64,000 nucleotides of DNA from Acidobacteriota bacterium (GTDB lineage: Bacteria > Acidobacteriota > Thermoanaerobaculia > UBA5066 > Gp7-AA6), in the NCBI GenBank assembly GCA_039931865.1, contig JBDTRB010000005.1, positions 137 through 64,136 of the forward strand, in the 5' to 3' direction. The number at the start of each line of letters is the position of its first letter. Position 1 is the stretch's first letter. Position numbers and translations under genes: made by a program. The notes beneath the pieces were generated by a model, which did no database searches, had not been told where the DNA came from, and worked only from the letters and a program-made list of their open reading frames with translations. This document shows positions 19,575-29,221 of the stretch, piece after piece.

Positions 19575-20504
19575 GTGACCACGACTACTGTCCCCGCCAG
19601 GAAACCCTTTCGCATCGCGCTCATCCAGATGGCGTGCGGGACCGAGCCGGACGAGAACCTCGAGCGAGGCGCTCTCAAGGTTGAAGAGGCCGCGCGCCAG
19701 GGCGCCGCCGTCGTCTGCCTTCCGGAGCTCTTCCGCTCGCAGTACTTCTGCCAGAAAGAGGACGCCGCGACCTTTGACCTCGCGGAGGCGCTTCCGGGGC
19801 CGACGACGGCGAGACTCTCCGAGGCGGCGCGGCGCGGCCACGTCGCCATCGTGGCGCCCGTTTTCGAGCGCCGGGCTGCGGGGCTGTACCACAACAGTGC
19901 GGCGGTCATCGCGCCCGACGGCTCGATCGCCGGGGTCTATCGGAAGATGCATATCCCGGACGACCCGGCGTACTACGAGAAGTTCTACTTCACTCCCGGC
20001 GACCTCGGGTTTCCAGCTTTCGACGTCGGGCCCGGCCGCGTCTCGACGCTGATCTGCTGGGACCAGTGGTATCCGGAGGGCGCGCGCCTCGCTGCGCTCC
20101 AGGGAGCTGACGTGCTGTTCTATCCCACGGCCATCGGCTGGCACCCGCACGAGAAGGCCGAACAGGGTGCGGCCCAGCTCGACGCCTGGCGCACGGTCCA
20201 GAGAGGGCACGCGATCGCGAACGGCCTCTATGTCGGAGCCGCCAACCGGGTCGGCCACGAGATCCCGGAGGGCGGTGGCGCCGGAATCGAGTTCTGGGGC
20301 AACTCGTTCATCGCGGACCCTCAGGGCGTGATCGTCGCGCAGGGGTCGGCGGACCGTGAAGAAATCCTGATGGCGGAGGTCGACCCCGCGCGGATCGAAG
20401 ACGTGCGCCGCAACTGGCCGTTTCTGCGTGACCGCCGCATCGACGCGTACGGCGGAATCACGTCGCGCTTCCTCGCGGGCGAATCCTGGGGCGACCGCCG
20501 CTGA
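19575..20504 (+). CDS. aguB: N-carbamoylputrescine amidohydrolase (nitrilase family)
   Basis: LPELF, YRKMHIPDDPAYYEKFYF, ICWDQWYPE catalytic E-K-C triad; next to agmatine deiminase. Confidence 0.9.
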   Translation: MTTTTVPARKPFRIALIQMACGTEPDENLERGALKVEEAARQGAAVVCLPELFRSQYFCQKEDAATFDLAEALPGPTTARLSEAARRGHVAIVAPVFERRAAGLYHNSAAVIAPDGSIAGVYRKMHIPDDPAYYEKFYFTPGDLGFPAFDVGPGRVSTLICWDQWYPEGARLAALQGADVLFYPTAIGWHPHEKAEQGAAQLDAWRTVQRGHAIANGLYVGAANRVGHEIPEGGGAGIEFWGNSFIADPQGVIVAQGSADREEILMAEVDPARIEDVRRNWPFLRDRRIDAYGGITSRFLAGESWGDRR

Positions 20505-20539
20505 GAGCTTCCCGCCGCCGCTCCGCCGCAGGCGCCTTC

Positions 20540-21568
20540 GTGATGCCGGCCGAGTGGGAACCGCACGAGGCGACGTGGATCGGCTGGCCGCACAACACGT
20601 CGGACTGGCCGGGCCGTTTCGGTCCGATTCCGTGGGCCTACGCGGAGATCTCCCGCTGGATCCTCCCCGGGGAAATCCTGCGGGTGCTCGTCGAGTCCTC
20701 CGCGCACGAAGCGCGTGCTCGTCGGGTCCTGCGGCGGTCGGGTCTCGAGCTCTCGAAAGTCGAGTTCTTCCGGATCCCTACGGACAGGGGATGGACCCGG
20801 GACTCGGGCCCCGCGTTCGTGCGCCGCGGCTCGGAGATCGCGATTCGCCGCTTCCGGTTCAACGGATGGGCGAAGTACCCCGACTGGAGGCGTGATGACC
20901 GCGTCCCGGAGAGAGTCGCCCGCGCGCTCGAGATGCCGCTCCTGCCGCCCGTCGCGCGGGAACGCGACGTCGTGCTCGAAGGCGGAGCGATCGACGTGAA
21001 CGGGCGGGGGACCCTGGTGACGACGGAGGAATGCCTCCTCGATCCGGAACTTCAGGTGCGCAACCCGGGTCTCGACCGCGCCGGGTATGAAAGGGTCTTT
21101 CGCGAAACGCTGGGGGCAGGGACCGTCATCTGGCTCGGGCGGGGCATCGCGGGCGACGACACCCACGGGCACGTCGACGACCTGTGCCGCTTCACCGGGC
21201 CCCGCACCGTGGTCGTCTGCCGGGAGGAGAATCCCGCGGACGAAAACCACCGTGTCCTGGAGGAGAACCGGGAACGGCTCGAAGAGGCTCGCCTCGAGGA
21301 CGGCACCCGTCCCGAGGTCGCGTATCTTCCGATGCCCTCCCCGGTCTTCTTCGACGGCCGCCGGCTCCCGGCGTCCTACGCGAACTTCTACATAGGCAAC
21401 GCCGCGGTGCTCGTGCCGACGTTCAACGACCCGAACGACTCGGTCGCGCTCGGGATTCTGGGGGAGCTCTTCGACCGGCCGGTCGTCGGGATCCACGCCC
21501 GGGATCTCGTCTGGGGGCTCGGGACGATCCACTGCCTCACGCGGCAGCAGCCGCGATCCACTGGCTGA
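20540..21568 (+). CDS. aguA: Agmatine deiminase; start may be CTG at 20501
   Basis: MPAEWEPH, WTRDSGP, EGGAID, DDTHGHVD, ASYANFY, GTIHCLT. Confidence 0.92.
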   Translation: MMPAEWEPHEATWIGWPHNTSDWPGRFGPIPWAYAEISRWILPGEILRVLVESSAHEARARRVLRRSGLELSKVEFFRIPTDRGWTRDSGPAFVRRGSEIAIRRFRFNGWAKYPDWRRDDRVPERVARALEMPLLPPVARERDVVLEGGAIDVNGRGTLVTTEECLLDPELQVRNPGLDRAGYERVFRETLGAGTVIWLGRGIAGDDTHGHVDDLCRFTGPRTVVVCREENPADENHRVLEENRERLEEARLEDGTRPEVAYLPMPSPVFFDGRRLPASYANFYIGNAAVLVPTFNDPNDSVALGILGELFDRPVVGIHARDLVWGLGTIHCLTRQQPRSTG

Positions 21569-21657
21569 CGCGGCAGCAGCCGGGTGGGGATCGTCGGAAC
21601 GGATCCGACGGTCTGGTCGGTCCCCGTTGGGACGCTCGAGGCTGAACTTTCGACTTC

Positions 21658-22509
21658 CTACTTCACCGACCCCACGGTGAACCCCGCGATGAAGCGGTCG
21701 AGGAACAGGTTGTACAGAATCCCGACCGGCAGCGCCGAGATCAGGCACGCCGCCATCAACGACCCCCAGTAATACACGTCGCCGCGGACCAGGTAGATCG
21801 GGACGCCGACCCCGACCGTCTGGTGCGAGGCCGAGGAGATGAACGTCAGGGCGTAGACGAACTCCTGCGTCACCAGCGTGAACGTGAAAATCACGACCGT
21901 GAGGATTCCGGAAACGGAGATCGGGATCACGAGCTTGATGAACGCCTGGAAACGTGTCAGCCCGTCCACCATGGCGGCGTCCTCCAGCTCGCGCGGGATC
22001 GACTTGAAGAATCCCATGAGGAGCCAGATCGAGAAAGGGATCGTGAAGCTCGGGTATACGACGATGATCGACCAGAGCGTGTCCTGCAACCCGAGAAGGG
22101 CGACGATCCGGGAAAGAGGGATGAAGAGCAGCGTTGGAGGGACGAGATAGGTCAGGAAGATCGCGATGCCGACGTTGCCGCCCCACCGTCCGGTCAGCCT
22201 CGTCAGCGCATACGCGGCGGGGACCGCGAGGAGAAGGGTGATGACGACCACGCAGATCCCCGCGAAAAGCGTGTTTCCGAACCAGCGGAGAAACAGGGTC
22301 TCCCGGAACAGGAACGTTATGTGCTCGAGCGTCGGCTTCATGTTGAAGATGAACGGGTTGTTCTTCAGGTTGTAGAGGTCCGGGTTCTGCTTGAAGCTCG
22401 TGATCACCATCCAGTAGAACGGGAATCCGAGCGCAACCGAGAAGAACAGCAGCACGAGGACGTGCACGACCCGGCCGAAGCCCCGCCGCGTTTTCAGACC
22501 AATCGCCAT
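21658..22509 (-). CDS. Carbohydrate-type ABC permease (MalG-like)
   Basis: FPFYWMVITSFK, ELEDAAMVDG; paralog of 1238-2347 without the insertion. Confidence 0.93.
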   Translation of the reverse strand: MAIGLKTRRGFGRVVHVLVLLFFSVALGFPFYWMVITSFKQNPDLYNLKNNPFIFNMKPTLEHITFLFRETLFLRWFGNTLFAGICVVVITLLLAVPAAYALTRLTGRWGGNVGIAIFLTYLVPPTLLFIPLSRIVALLGLQDTLWSIIVVYPSFTIPFSIWLLMGFFKSIPRELEDAAMVDGLTRFQAFIKLVIPISVSGILTVVIFTFTLVTQEFVYALTFISSASHQTVGVGVPIYLVRGDVYYWGSLMAACLISALPVGILYNLFLDRFIAGFTVGSVK

Positions 22510-22519
22510 GAATTCCTGC

Positions 22520-23407
22520 CTACGTCACTTCGGCGCGATGCGCCGAGCGCAGCATCAGCCACGCAACGAGCACGAGCAGCGGAACGAGGAAGAGAGAAAT
22601 CGCCGCGCCCTCCGCGAGGTCGCTTCCGAGGATCCCGGTGAAGAACGCCTGCGACGGAAGAACCTGTGTCGTGTCGTAAGGTCCGCCGCGGGTCAGGATG
22701 TAAACCACGGTCATGTCGGTGAACGTGAAGATCACGCCGAAGAGCACGGCGACGTTGATGATCGGCAGCATCATCGGCAGCTCGATCTGGAACAGCTTCC
22801 GGAAGAATTTCGCACCGTCGACCTCGGCCGCCTCGGGGATGTCTTTGGGAATCGCGGTCCACCCGGCCAGGATGATCACGGTCGCGAACGGGAGCATGTG
22901 CCAGGTGTGCACGAGGATGACCGAGATCATCGCGAGCCTCGGTTCGCCAAGGTACATCGGCGGCGAAAACTCGTTGGCGAGGTGCATCCGGATCAGCACC
23001 CAGTTGATGACGCTGTAGAGCGAATCGAGGATCCACTTCCAACCGATGGAGCCGATCGAAACGGGGGCGACCCACGGGAGGAGGATCAGGAATCGGACGA
23101 AGCGCCGACCAGGGAAAACGTTTTTCAACGCCATCGCGAGGATGTTGGCTCCCAGGAGCACGAGCACCTGCGAAGAGATCGTGAAGACGAAGGAGTTTCT
23201 CAGCGAGCGCAGGAAGGTCGGGTTCTGCAGGACGGACTTGAAGTTCGCGAGGCCGACGAAGTGGTAGCCGACGCTGCCGACCTTGACGTCGCCGACGCTG
23301 TAGAGAAAGGCGAGCACGAACGGCACTCCAACGAGCGCCACCACGTAGAGGATGGCCGGGAGGAACATGGCCGGCCCTAGCCAGCGCTGCCGCCCGAGAG
23401 CGCTCAT
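22520..23407 (-). CDS. Carbohydrate-type ABC permease (MalF-like)
   Basis: FVGLANF, EAAEVDGA, TRGGPYDTT. Confidence 0.93.
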   Translation of the reverse strand: MSALGRQRWLGPAMFLPAILYVVALVGVPFVLAFLYSVGDVKVGSVGYHFVGLANFKSVLQNPTFLRSLRNSFVFTISSQVLVLLGANILAMALKNVFPGRRFVRFLILLPWVAPVSIGSIGWKWILDSLYSVINWVLIRMHLANEFSPPMYLGEPRLAMISVILVHTWHMLPFATVIILAGWTAIPKDIPEAAEVDGAKFFRKLFQIELPMMLPIINVAVLFGVIFTFTDMTVVYILTRGGPYDTTQVLPSQAFFTGILGSDLAEGAAISLFLVPLLVLVAWLMLRSAHRAEVT

Positions 23408-24486
23408 GAGAGCGGGACGGGTCCGGTCCGGGTGCCCTTCTCCCGGTGGAAGAACTTGAGATCCGCCTCCCGGACGGCGAACGCGTGCACCGATCCGGTT
23501 TCGTAGACCGCGCCGTGCGTCGACGACATTCGCGACACGGCGGGCTTACCGTCGAACTTCCCGCCCTCGAGCTGGCCGTAGAGGATCCTCTCCGCTCCCA
23601 GGTATTCCTCGTGGCTCAGCCGAAACTTCAGGGGAACGTAGGGGCCCACGCGCGCGTCCGCGCGCATATCGGCAGGCACCGCGGCGTGGCCCGCGAGGTG
23701 GGTCACGGGAAAGAAGTGTTCCGGCCGAAATCCGACAGTCACGTCTCCCAGGTCGATCAGGTTCATCGGCGGCGAGCCCAGGAAGGTGGCGACGAAGGTG
23801 TCCGCGGGCTCGTCGTAGACCTCGGCCGGCGTGCCGATCTGGCGGACCAGTCCCTTGTTCATGACGACGACGCGGTCGCCCATCGCCATGGCTTCGACCT
23901 GGTCGTGCGTCACGTAGATGGTCGTGGTGGCGACGCGTCGCTGGAACTGCTCGAGCTCTGTCCGCGCCGAGGCTCGCAGCTTCGCGTCGAGATTCGAGAG
24001 GGGCTCGTCGAGCAGGAAGAGCGAGGGCTCCCGCACGATCGCCCGCGCGAGGGCGACACGCTGGCGCTCGCCGCCCGACAGCTCGCGCGGCTTTCTATGG
24101 AGGAGCTGCCCGATCCCGAGGAGGCCCGCGGCCCACTCGGCCTTCTTCTGGCGCTCTCCTTTTTCCATGCCCTGCGCCTTCAGAGGGAAGACGATGTTGC
24201 CGAGCACGGTCAGGTGAGGATAGAGCGCGTAGCTCTGGAAGACCATCGCGATCCGGCGCTCGCGCGGCGTCATGTCGTTGACGACGCGGCCGCCGATCAG
24301 GATCTCCCCCGACGTGGGCTCCTCGAGCCCGGCGATCATCCGGAGGAGTGTCGTTTTACCGGACCCGGACGGGCCGAGGAGGACGAGAAACTCGCCCTCC
24401 CGGCTCTCCAGGTCGACGTTGTTGACGGCGCCGAGCTCGCCCTTTTTGAAGACTTTGGTGAGTGCCCGCGTCTGGACTATGGCCAT
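23404..24486 (-). CDS. ABC ATP-binding subunit (MalK family)
   Basis: GPSGSGKTT, LSGGERQR, LDEPLSNLD, YVTHDQ. Confidence 0.95.
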   Translation of the reverse strand: MAIVQTRALTKVFKKGELGAVNNVDLESREGEFLVLLGPSGSGKTTLLRMIAGLEEPTSGEILIGGRVVNDMTPRERRIAMVFQSYALYPHLTVLGNIVFPLKAQGMEKGERQKKAEWAAGLLGIGQLLHRKPRELSGGERQRVALARAIVREPSLFLLDEPLSNLDAKLRASARTELEQFQRRVATTTIYVTHDQVEAMAMGDRVVVMNKGLVRQIGTPAEVYDEPADTFVATFLGSPPMNLIDLGDVTVGFRPEHFFPVTHLAGHAAVPADMRADARVGPYVPLKFRLSHEEYLGAERILYGQLEGGKFDGKPAVSRMSSTHGAVYETGSVHAFAVREADLKFFHREKGTRTGPVPLS

Positions 24487-24507
24487 GGCGCGGGTGAGCT
24501 TACCTTC

Positions 24508-25845
24508 TTACTTCCATTTGGCGAAGATTCGCTTGATCTCCGCTTCGGCGGTCTTCACGGCCTCCTCCGGCGTGACCTCTTCGCGCGCCGCGCGGGCGAA
24601 CATGGTCGGCAGAACGAAGGTGTTGAAGACCTCGTCGATGCCAGCGGTCGCGTAGCCCGGGTAGCCCACGTTGGTCGCCCATTCGAGGACGTTCGAGAGG
24701 ACCTTGTACTTGTCGTTCGGCACGCCCTTGGGATCGTTCGCGAGCTGCGCCTTGATGTCGGGAACCGTGCTCGGGAACGAGGGGAAGTTGTAGAACTCGC
24801 TCGCCTTGAACGCGGCGGCGAAATTGTCGATGTAGTCGATCAGGAACTTCTTGGCGCCTTCCTGGTTCTCGGCGAAGTTCCAGATCGCGTAGCAGTCCAT
24901 GACGTGCTCTGCCGCGATCCGGCGGACTGGACCCTTCAGGGCGGGAGCCACCTGGATGTTCTTCGACATCTCCGGGTTGTCCTTCTCCGCCGTGCGGGTG
25001 ACGGAGATCGCGTTGGCGACGAAGGAGAGCTTGCCGGCGAGGATGCCGCGGTTGTTCGAGGAGGGATCCCAGGTGAAGACCTCGGGCGTCATGCACTCCT
25101 TGAACATGGCGCGCATGTACTTGATGGCTTCGAGGGTCTGTTTGGAGTTGATCGTGACGTTGCCCGCCTCGTCCTGCTCTGCCCCTCCGTAGGACCACAG
25201 GAGCGCGCGGACCGCCATGTTGGTGTCGAGCTCCTGCGAGAGTCCGATCCCGACCGGATTGCCGGCGCTGTCCTTGATCTTCTTGCCGCCGATCCGCAGG
25301 TCTTCCCAGGTGTCCGGCCCGTTTGGAAAACCCACTTTCTCCCAGAGGTCCTTGCGGTAGTTGCCCGGGTCGGGAACATAGGAGTCCGAGAACGCGAAGT
25401 ACTTCTTCGTCTTCGGGTTGTAAGTCGACTTGTGCGCGAGATCGATCTTCTTGCCGTGCTTGCTCTCGACCGTCTGGTAGATCTCGGAGTGGTCGATCAC
25501 CTGCTTTTCGTAGGCGGCAGGAGGGGAGAGGAACATGAAGAGGTCATGCCCCTTTTTCGCGGCCACCTCCGCGGCTGCGCGCGCGTTGATCTCGCCGATC
25601 GCGATGTGGTCGACGACCACGTTCGTGTTGTTCTTCGCGCCCCATTCCTTCGTGTACGTGTTGTCGAACCACTTGTCGTACCCCGGCACGAAGTGGCTCC
25701 ACTGGATGATTCGGAGCGTCTTCTGCTGCGCCGCCGCGCGCGCCGGGAAGAGGAAGTTGGCGCCCACCCCTGCGGCGAGCGCCCCCGTCCCGGTCACCTT
25801 GACGAACTGCCTGCGGGTCAGACCTTCTTTATTTTTTTTAGACAT
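24508..25845 (-). CDS. ABC substrate-binding protein, Tat-exported
   Basis: TRRQFVK signal, QWSHFVPGYD, WDPSSNNR; AAGGAGG RBS. Confidence 0.92.
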   Translation of the reverse strand: MSKKNKEGLTRRQFVKVTGTGALAAGVGANFLFPARAAAQQKTLRIIQWSHFVPGYDKWFDNTYTKEWGAKNNTNVVVDHIAIGEINARAAAEVAAKKGHDLFMFLSPPAAYEKQVIDHSEIYQTVESKHGKKIDLAHKSTYNPKTKKYFAFSDSYVPDPGNYRKDLWEKVGFPNGPDTWEDLRIGGKKIKDSAGNPVGIGLSQELDTNMAVRALLWSYGGAEQDEAGNVTINSKQTLEAIKYMRAMFKECMTPEVFTWDPSSNNRGILAGKLSFVANAISVTRTAEKDNPEMSKNIQVAPALKGPVRRIAAEHVMDCYAIWNFAENQEGAKKFLIDYIDNFAAAFKASEFYNFPSFPSTVPDIKAQLANDPKGVPNDKYKVLSNVLEWATNVGYPGYATAGIDEVFNTFVLPTMFARAAREEVTPEEAVKTAEAEIKRIFAKWK

Positions 25846-25877
25846 TGTGTCCTCCTTCGCCCCCTGGGCCCACCCGG

Positions 25878-27104
25878 TTAGAAGTAATAGAACTGAAGCT
25901 GAACGACGAAGTGGTTCGTGTTCTTGACATTGGCCGTGGCCGCCTGCCTTCCGGGAACGATGCGCTCGTACGCCGCCGTGATCTTCATGTTCTGCTGCGC
26001 GACGTAGTAGTTGAAGCCGCCCATGTACCGGCGGATGTTGCGTCCATGATCGATGGCGTCCTTGAAGTTCTCCGTCTCGAAGCGGATGAACGGCTGGAGC
26101 TCGATCGGCTTGAAGTAGAAGCCGACGTCGGTGAAGAGCTCCTGCTGACGGAGGAGCGTCGGGATCAGGCAGTTCGCCGCGCGGGCGCCCGCCGATGTCA
26201 GCCCGCAGCCGCCGTCGAAGTGGATGTAGTCCATATGGGCTGTAAACGCGCTGCGTCCCGTCTTCGCATCACCCGGCCCGACAGGCAGGTCCACCATGAC
26301 GTCCCCGCCGTAGGCTTCGTAGCCCTTTCCCTCGGGAAGGGTTGCCGTGGCCGGGGTGGTGAAGCCGCCCTGAGAGTCGTAGCCGGCGCCGAAGGCGAGG
26401 ATCTTCTTCTTTCCGAGGTTCGTGCCGACGGGAACGTAGCCCTTCTCGACGTCGAAGACGTTGTAGACGATCCGGCCGGCGAAGCGATAGGGGTTGCGCG
26501 AGCCCGCACCGTTCGCGTTCGCCGGTGCCCGGAATCCCTGGAGCAGGGCCGTCCGGATCTCGAGGTGATCGGCCGCGAGGTAAGTCTTCAACTGGAGTCC
26601 GACGTCACGCCCGGCGTCGTTCTGAAGAGGAGCGCTCTGGAGGAACGTCCAGGTGCCGCCGTCCAGCGCCAGGTGGCTCGATGTGCTCTGAAGTGAGTTG
26701 CGGGTGAAGGGCGTGAGCATCTTGCCGAAGTCCAGGATGAACAGGTCGTTGCTGAAGGGGTGCCACTCGCCGAAGGCGTCCTGCATCACGAGCCCGGTGT
26801 TCAGGGACTTGGTCGCTGTCCCGACGCTGGCGCCGAGGTTTGCGTTGTCCGTCTGCATGAAGAATGTGACGTTCTTGGCGACCTGACCGGCCACGAGCAG
26901 GCGGACGCGGCGAATCTTGAAGTTCTGCTGGTATCCCTCGCTGACGGGGTCTTGAAGCCATTCCGACCAGCCTTGAAGCTGAAATCCCAGGCGGAAGTTG
27001 ACCGTGTCGCTGACCTTCACGACGACCTGGGCCGGCGCGGCGGCGGGCGCAAGCCCGGCGACCGCAATCGCGACCAGGGCGAATCGGAGAAACCGTCGAG
27101 TCAT
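25878..27104 (-). CDS. Outer-membrane porin (OprO/OprP-like beta-barrel)
   Basis: Signal peptide, FKIRRVRL motif, GRDVG, terminal aromatic strand VQLQFYYF. Confidence 0.8.
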   Translation of the reverse strand: MTRRFLRFALVAIAVAGLAPAAAPAQVVVKVSDTVNFRLGFQLQGWSEWLQDPVSEGYQQNFKIRRVRLLVAGQVAKNVTFFMQTDNANLGASVGTATKSLNTGLVMQDAFGEWHPFSNDLFILDFGKMLTPFTRNSLQSTSSHLALDGGTWTFLQSAPLQNDAGRDVGLQLKTYLAADHLEIRTALLQGFRAPANANGAGSRNPYRFAGRIVYNVFDVEKGYVPVGTNLGKKKILAFGAGYDSQGGFTTPATATLPEGKGYEAYGGDVMVDLPVGPGDAKTGRSAFTAHMDYIHFDGGCGLTSAGARAANCLIPTLLRQQELFTDVGFYFKPIELQPFIRFETENFKDAIDHGRNIRRYMGGFNYYVAQQNMKITAAYERIVPGRQAATANVKNTNHFVVQLQFYYF

Positions 27105-27150
27105 GCTCTCCTCCTTAATTCGATTCGTTCCATACGACTTCCGCGCGGAA

Positions 27151-27180
27151 GAAAAAAGAACCGGCGGCTCGCGCCGCCGG
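27151..27180 (-). terminator. Intrinsic terminator after the MFS gene
   Basis: Minus strand CCGGCGGC-GCGA-GCCGCCGG followed by TTCTTTTTT. Confidence 0.7.
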
Positions 27181-27188
27181 AAGTTGAC

Positions 27189-28802
27189 TCAGATCGCCTG
27201 GATGTCCCGGTCCTTGGTCTCGCGGAGGAACAATGCCCCGATGACGAACGTGATGGCCGCCACGATCACCGGGTACCACAGGCCGGCGTAGATGTTTCCG
27301 CGCGACGCCACGAGCGCCGTCGCAAGAAGCGGGAGCATGCCGCCGAACCACCCGTTGCCGATGTGGTAAGGCAGTGACATCGAGGTGTACCGGATGCGGG
27401 TCGGGAAGAGCTCGACTAAGAAGGCCGCGATCGGCCCGTACACCATCGTCACGTAGAGGACCAGAATGACGAGGACCAGGAGCGTCATCGGATAGTTGAT
27501 CCGGGCCTTGTCCGGCGCCGCCGGGTATCCCGAGGCCTTCAGGGCGGCCTTGTATTTGTCTTCGTCATACCCCTTGAGCTCGGTGCTCCCGAGTTTCGTA
27601 ACGACGGTCTCTCCGGGCACTGCCGGGGCGGAGGTAAAGGAAAGTCCCGCCTTGGTGAGGAAGTCCTTCGCCTTGTCGCACGGGGAGAAGACCGTCTTGG
27701 GGGTCGGGAAGATGTGCATCTGGCAATCGTCCGCCGACACCGTGATCGGCGTCGAAGCTGCGTACTGCTCGAGCCCCGGGTTGACGAAATGCGTCAGGGC
27801 CTTGAAAAGGGGAAAGAAGGTGAGAGCGCCGAGCAGGCATCCGACGAGGATGATCCATTTCCGGCCGATCCTGTCGGACAACGATCCGAAGACGACGAAG
27901 AACGGCGTCGCGATGAGGAGCGAGGCGGCGATCAGGATGTAGGCCGTCAGGTAGTCGAGCTTCAGGTAGAGAGTCAGAAAGAACAACGCGTAGAACTGCC
28001 CGGCGTACCAGACGACGCCCTGGCCGGCGGTCGCGCCGAACAGCGCGAGCAGGACGATCTTGGCGTTCGACCAGTTGGCGAAACTCTCCGTCAGAGGAGC
28101 CTTCGAGCCCTTGCCCTCCGCCTTCATGCGCTTGAAGATCGGGGATTCCTGCAGCTTCAGCCGGATGTAGATCGAGAAGATGAGCAGGACGACCGACAGA
28201 AGGAACGGAATTCTCCAGCCCCACGCCTTGAACGTGTCCGGTCCCATTTTCCAGCGGCAGAGGCCGATGATGAGAAGAGAGAGAAAGAGCCCCAGTGTCG
28301 CGGTGGTCTGGATCCACGAGGTGCTGTATCCGCGGCGGCCGGGCCGTGCATGTTCGGCCACGTAGGTCGCGGCGCCGCCGTACTCGCCGCCGAGCGCGAG
28401 CCCCTGCAGGAGCCGCAGGAGGACGAGAAGGATTGGCGCGACGAAACCGATTTTCGCGTAGGTGGGCAGGAGCCCGACGGCAGCCGTCGAGGCGCCCATG
28501 ACGACGATGGTGACGAGGAAGGTGTACTTGCGTCCGACGAGGTCTCCGATGCGCCCGAAAAAGAGGGCGCCGAACGGCCGCACGAGGAAACCCGCCGCGT
28601 ACGTGACGAACGAGGAAAGAAGAGCAGCGGTCGCGTTACCGGGGGGAAAAAAGAGCGCGGCAAAGAAGGGAGCCAGGGTCGCGTAGAGGTAGAAGTCGTA
28701 CCACTCGAAGACCGTCCCGAGCGACGACGCGAAGATGACCCGTCTCTCGTCCGAAGTGAGGGCGCCTGTCGGCGCCTGTCTCTCCATGGTTCCGGTCGCC
28801 AT
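27189..28802 (-). CDS. MFS metabolite:H+ symporter (MHS family)
   Basis: GTVFEWYDF, FGRIGDLVGRK, GGEYGGA, WGWRIPF, ELFPTRIRYT. Confidence 0.92.
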   Translation of the reverse strand: MATGTMERQAPTGALTSDERRVIFASSLGTVFEWYDFYLYATLAPFFAALFFPPGNATAALLSSFVTYAAGFLVRPFGALFFGRIGDLVGRKYTFLVTIVVMGASTAAVGLLPTYAKIGFVAPILLVLLRLLQGLALGGEYGGAATYVAEHARPGRRGYSTSWIQTTATLGLFLSLLIIGLCRWKMGPDTFKAWGWRIPFLLSVVLLIFSIYIRLKLQESPIFKRMKAEGKGSKAPLTESFANWSNAKIVLLALFGATAGQGVVWYAGQFYALFFLTLYLKLDYLTAYILIAASLLIATPFFVVFGSLSDRIGRKWIILVGCLLGALTFFPLFKALTHFVNPGLEQYAASTPITVSADDCQMHIFPTPKTVFSPCDKAKDFLTKAGLSFTSAPAVPGETVVTKLGSTELKGYDEDKYKAALKASGYPAAPDKARINYPMTLLVLVILVLYVTMVYGPIAAFLVELFPTRIRYTSMSLPYHIGNGWFGGMLPLLATALVASRGNIYAGLWYPVIVAAITFVIGALFLRETKDRDIQAI

Positions 28803-29221
28803 GAACCCTCCCTCTCCTAAAAGTTAGAGATGCGCGAAGCCCGAATCGAGCGATACCGGGGACCTCGTACGGGAATCTTATTGCGGAGGTGCGGTCCATG
28901 GGCAGCGGGAAAGCGGCCGGTACGCCAGCGTTCATCGCGGTCCGGTGCCGCAGATCGGCCCGAAGGGGCCCGAGGTCTCGAAGGGGGTGACGCCCGCCAA
29001 CAGGGACGCCCGAACGGTCGGCCCGTACGGTTCTCGCTCTCCGCGAGGGCGGCGTCCGGCGGCAGGCGCCGGCCAGTGTCCAGTCGTGGGCGCAGAGTGT
29101 TTCAGGGCCGAACCGAAGTCAAGGGTTCTTCGGTTTCGGGTCGCAATTTGGGAATAACATTCGCCCTCGAGGTCTCGTCCCTCCCCGGGGGCGGCCGTCC
29201 TCGGAAGGAGAAGAGTCGGCG

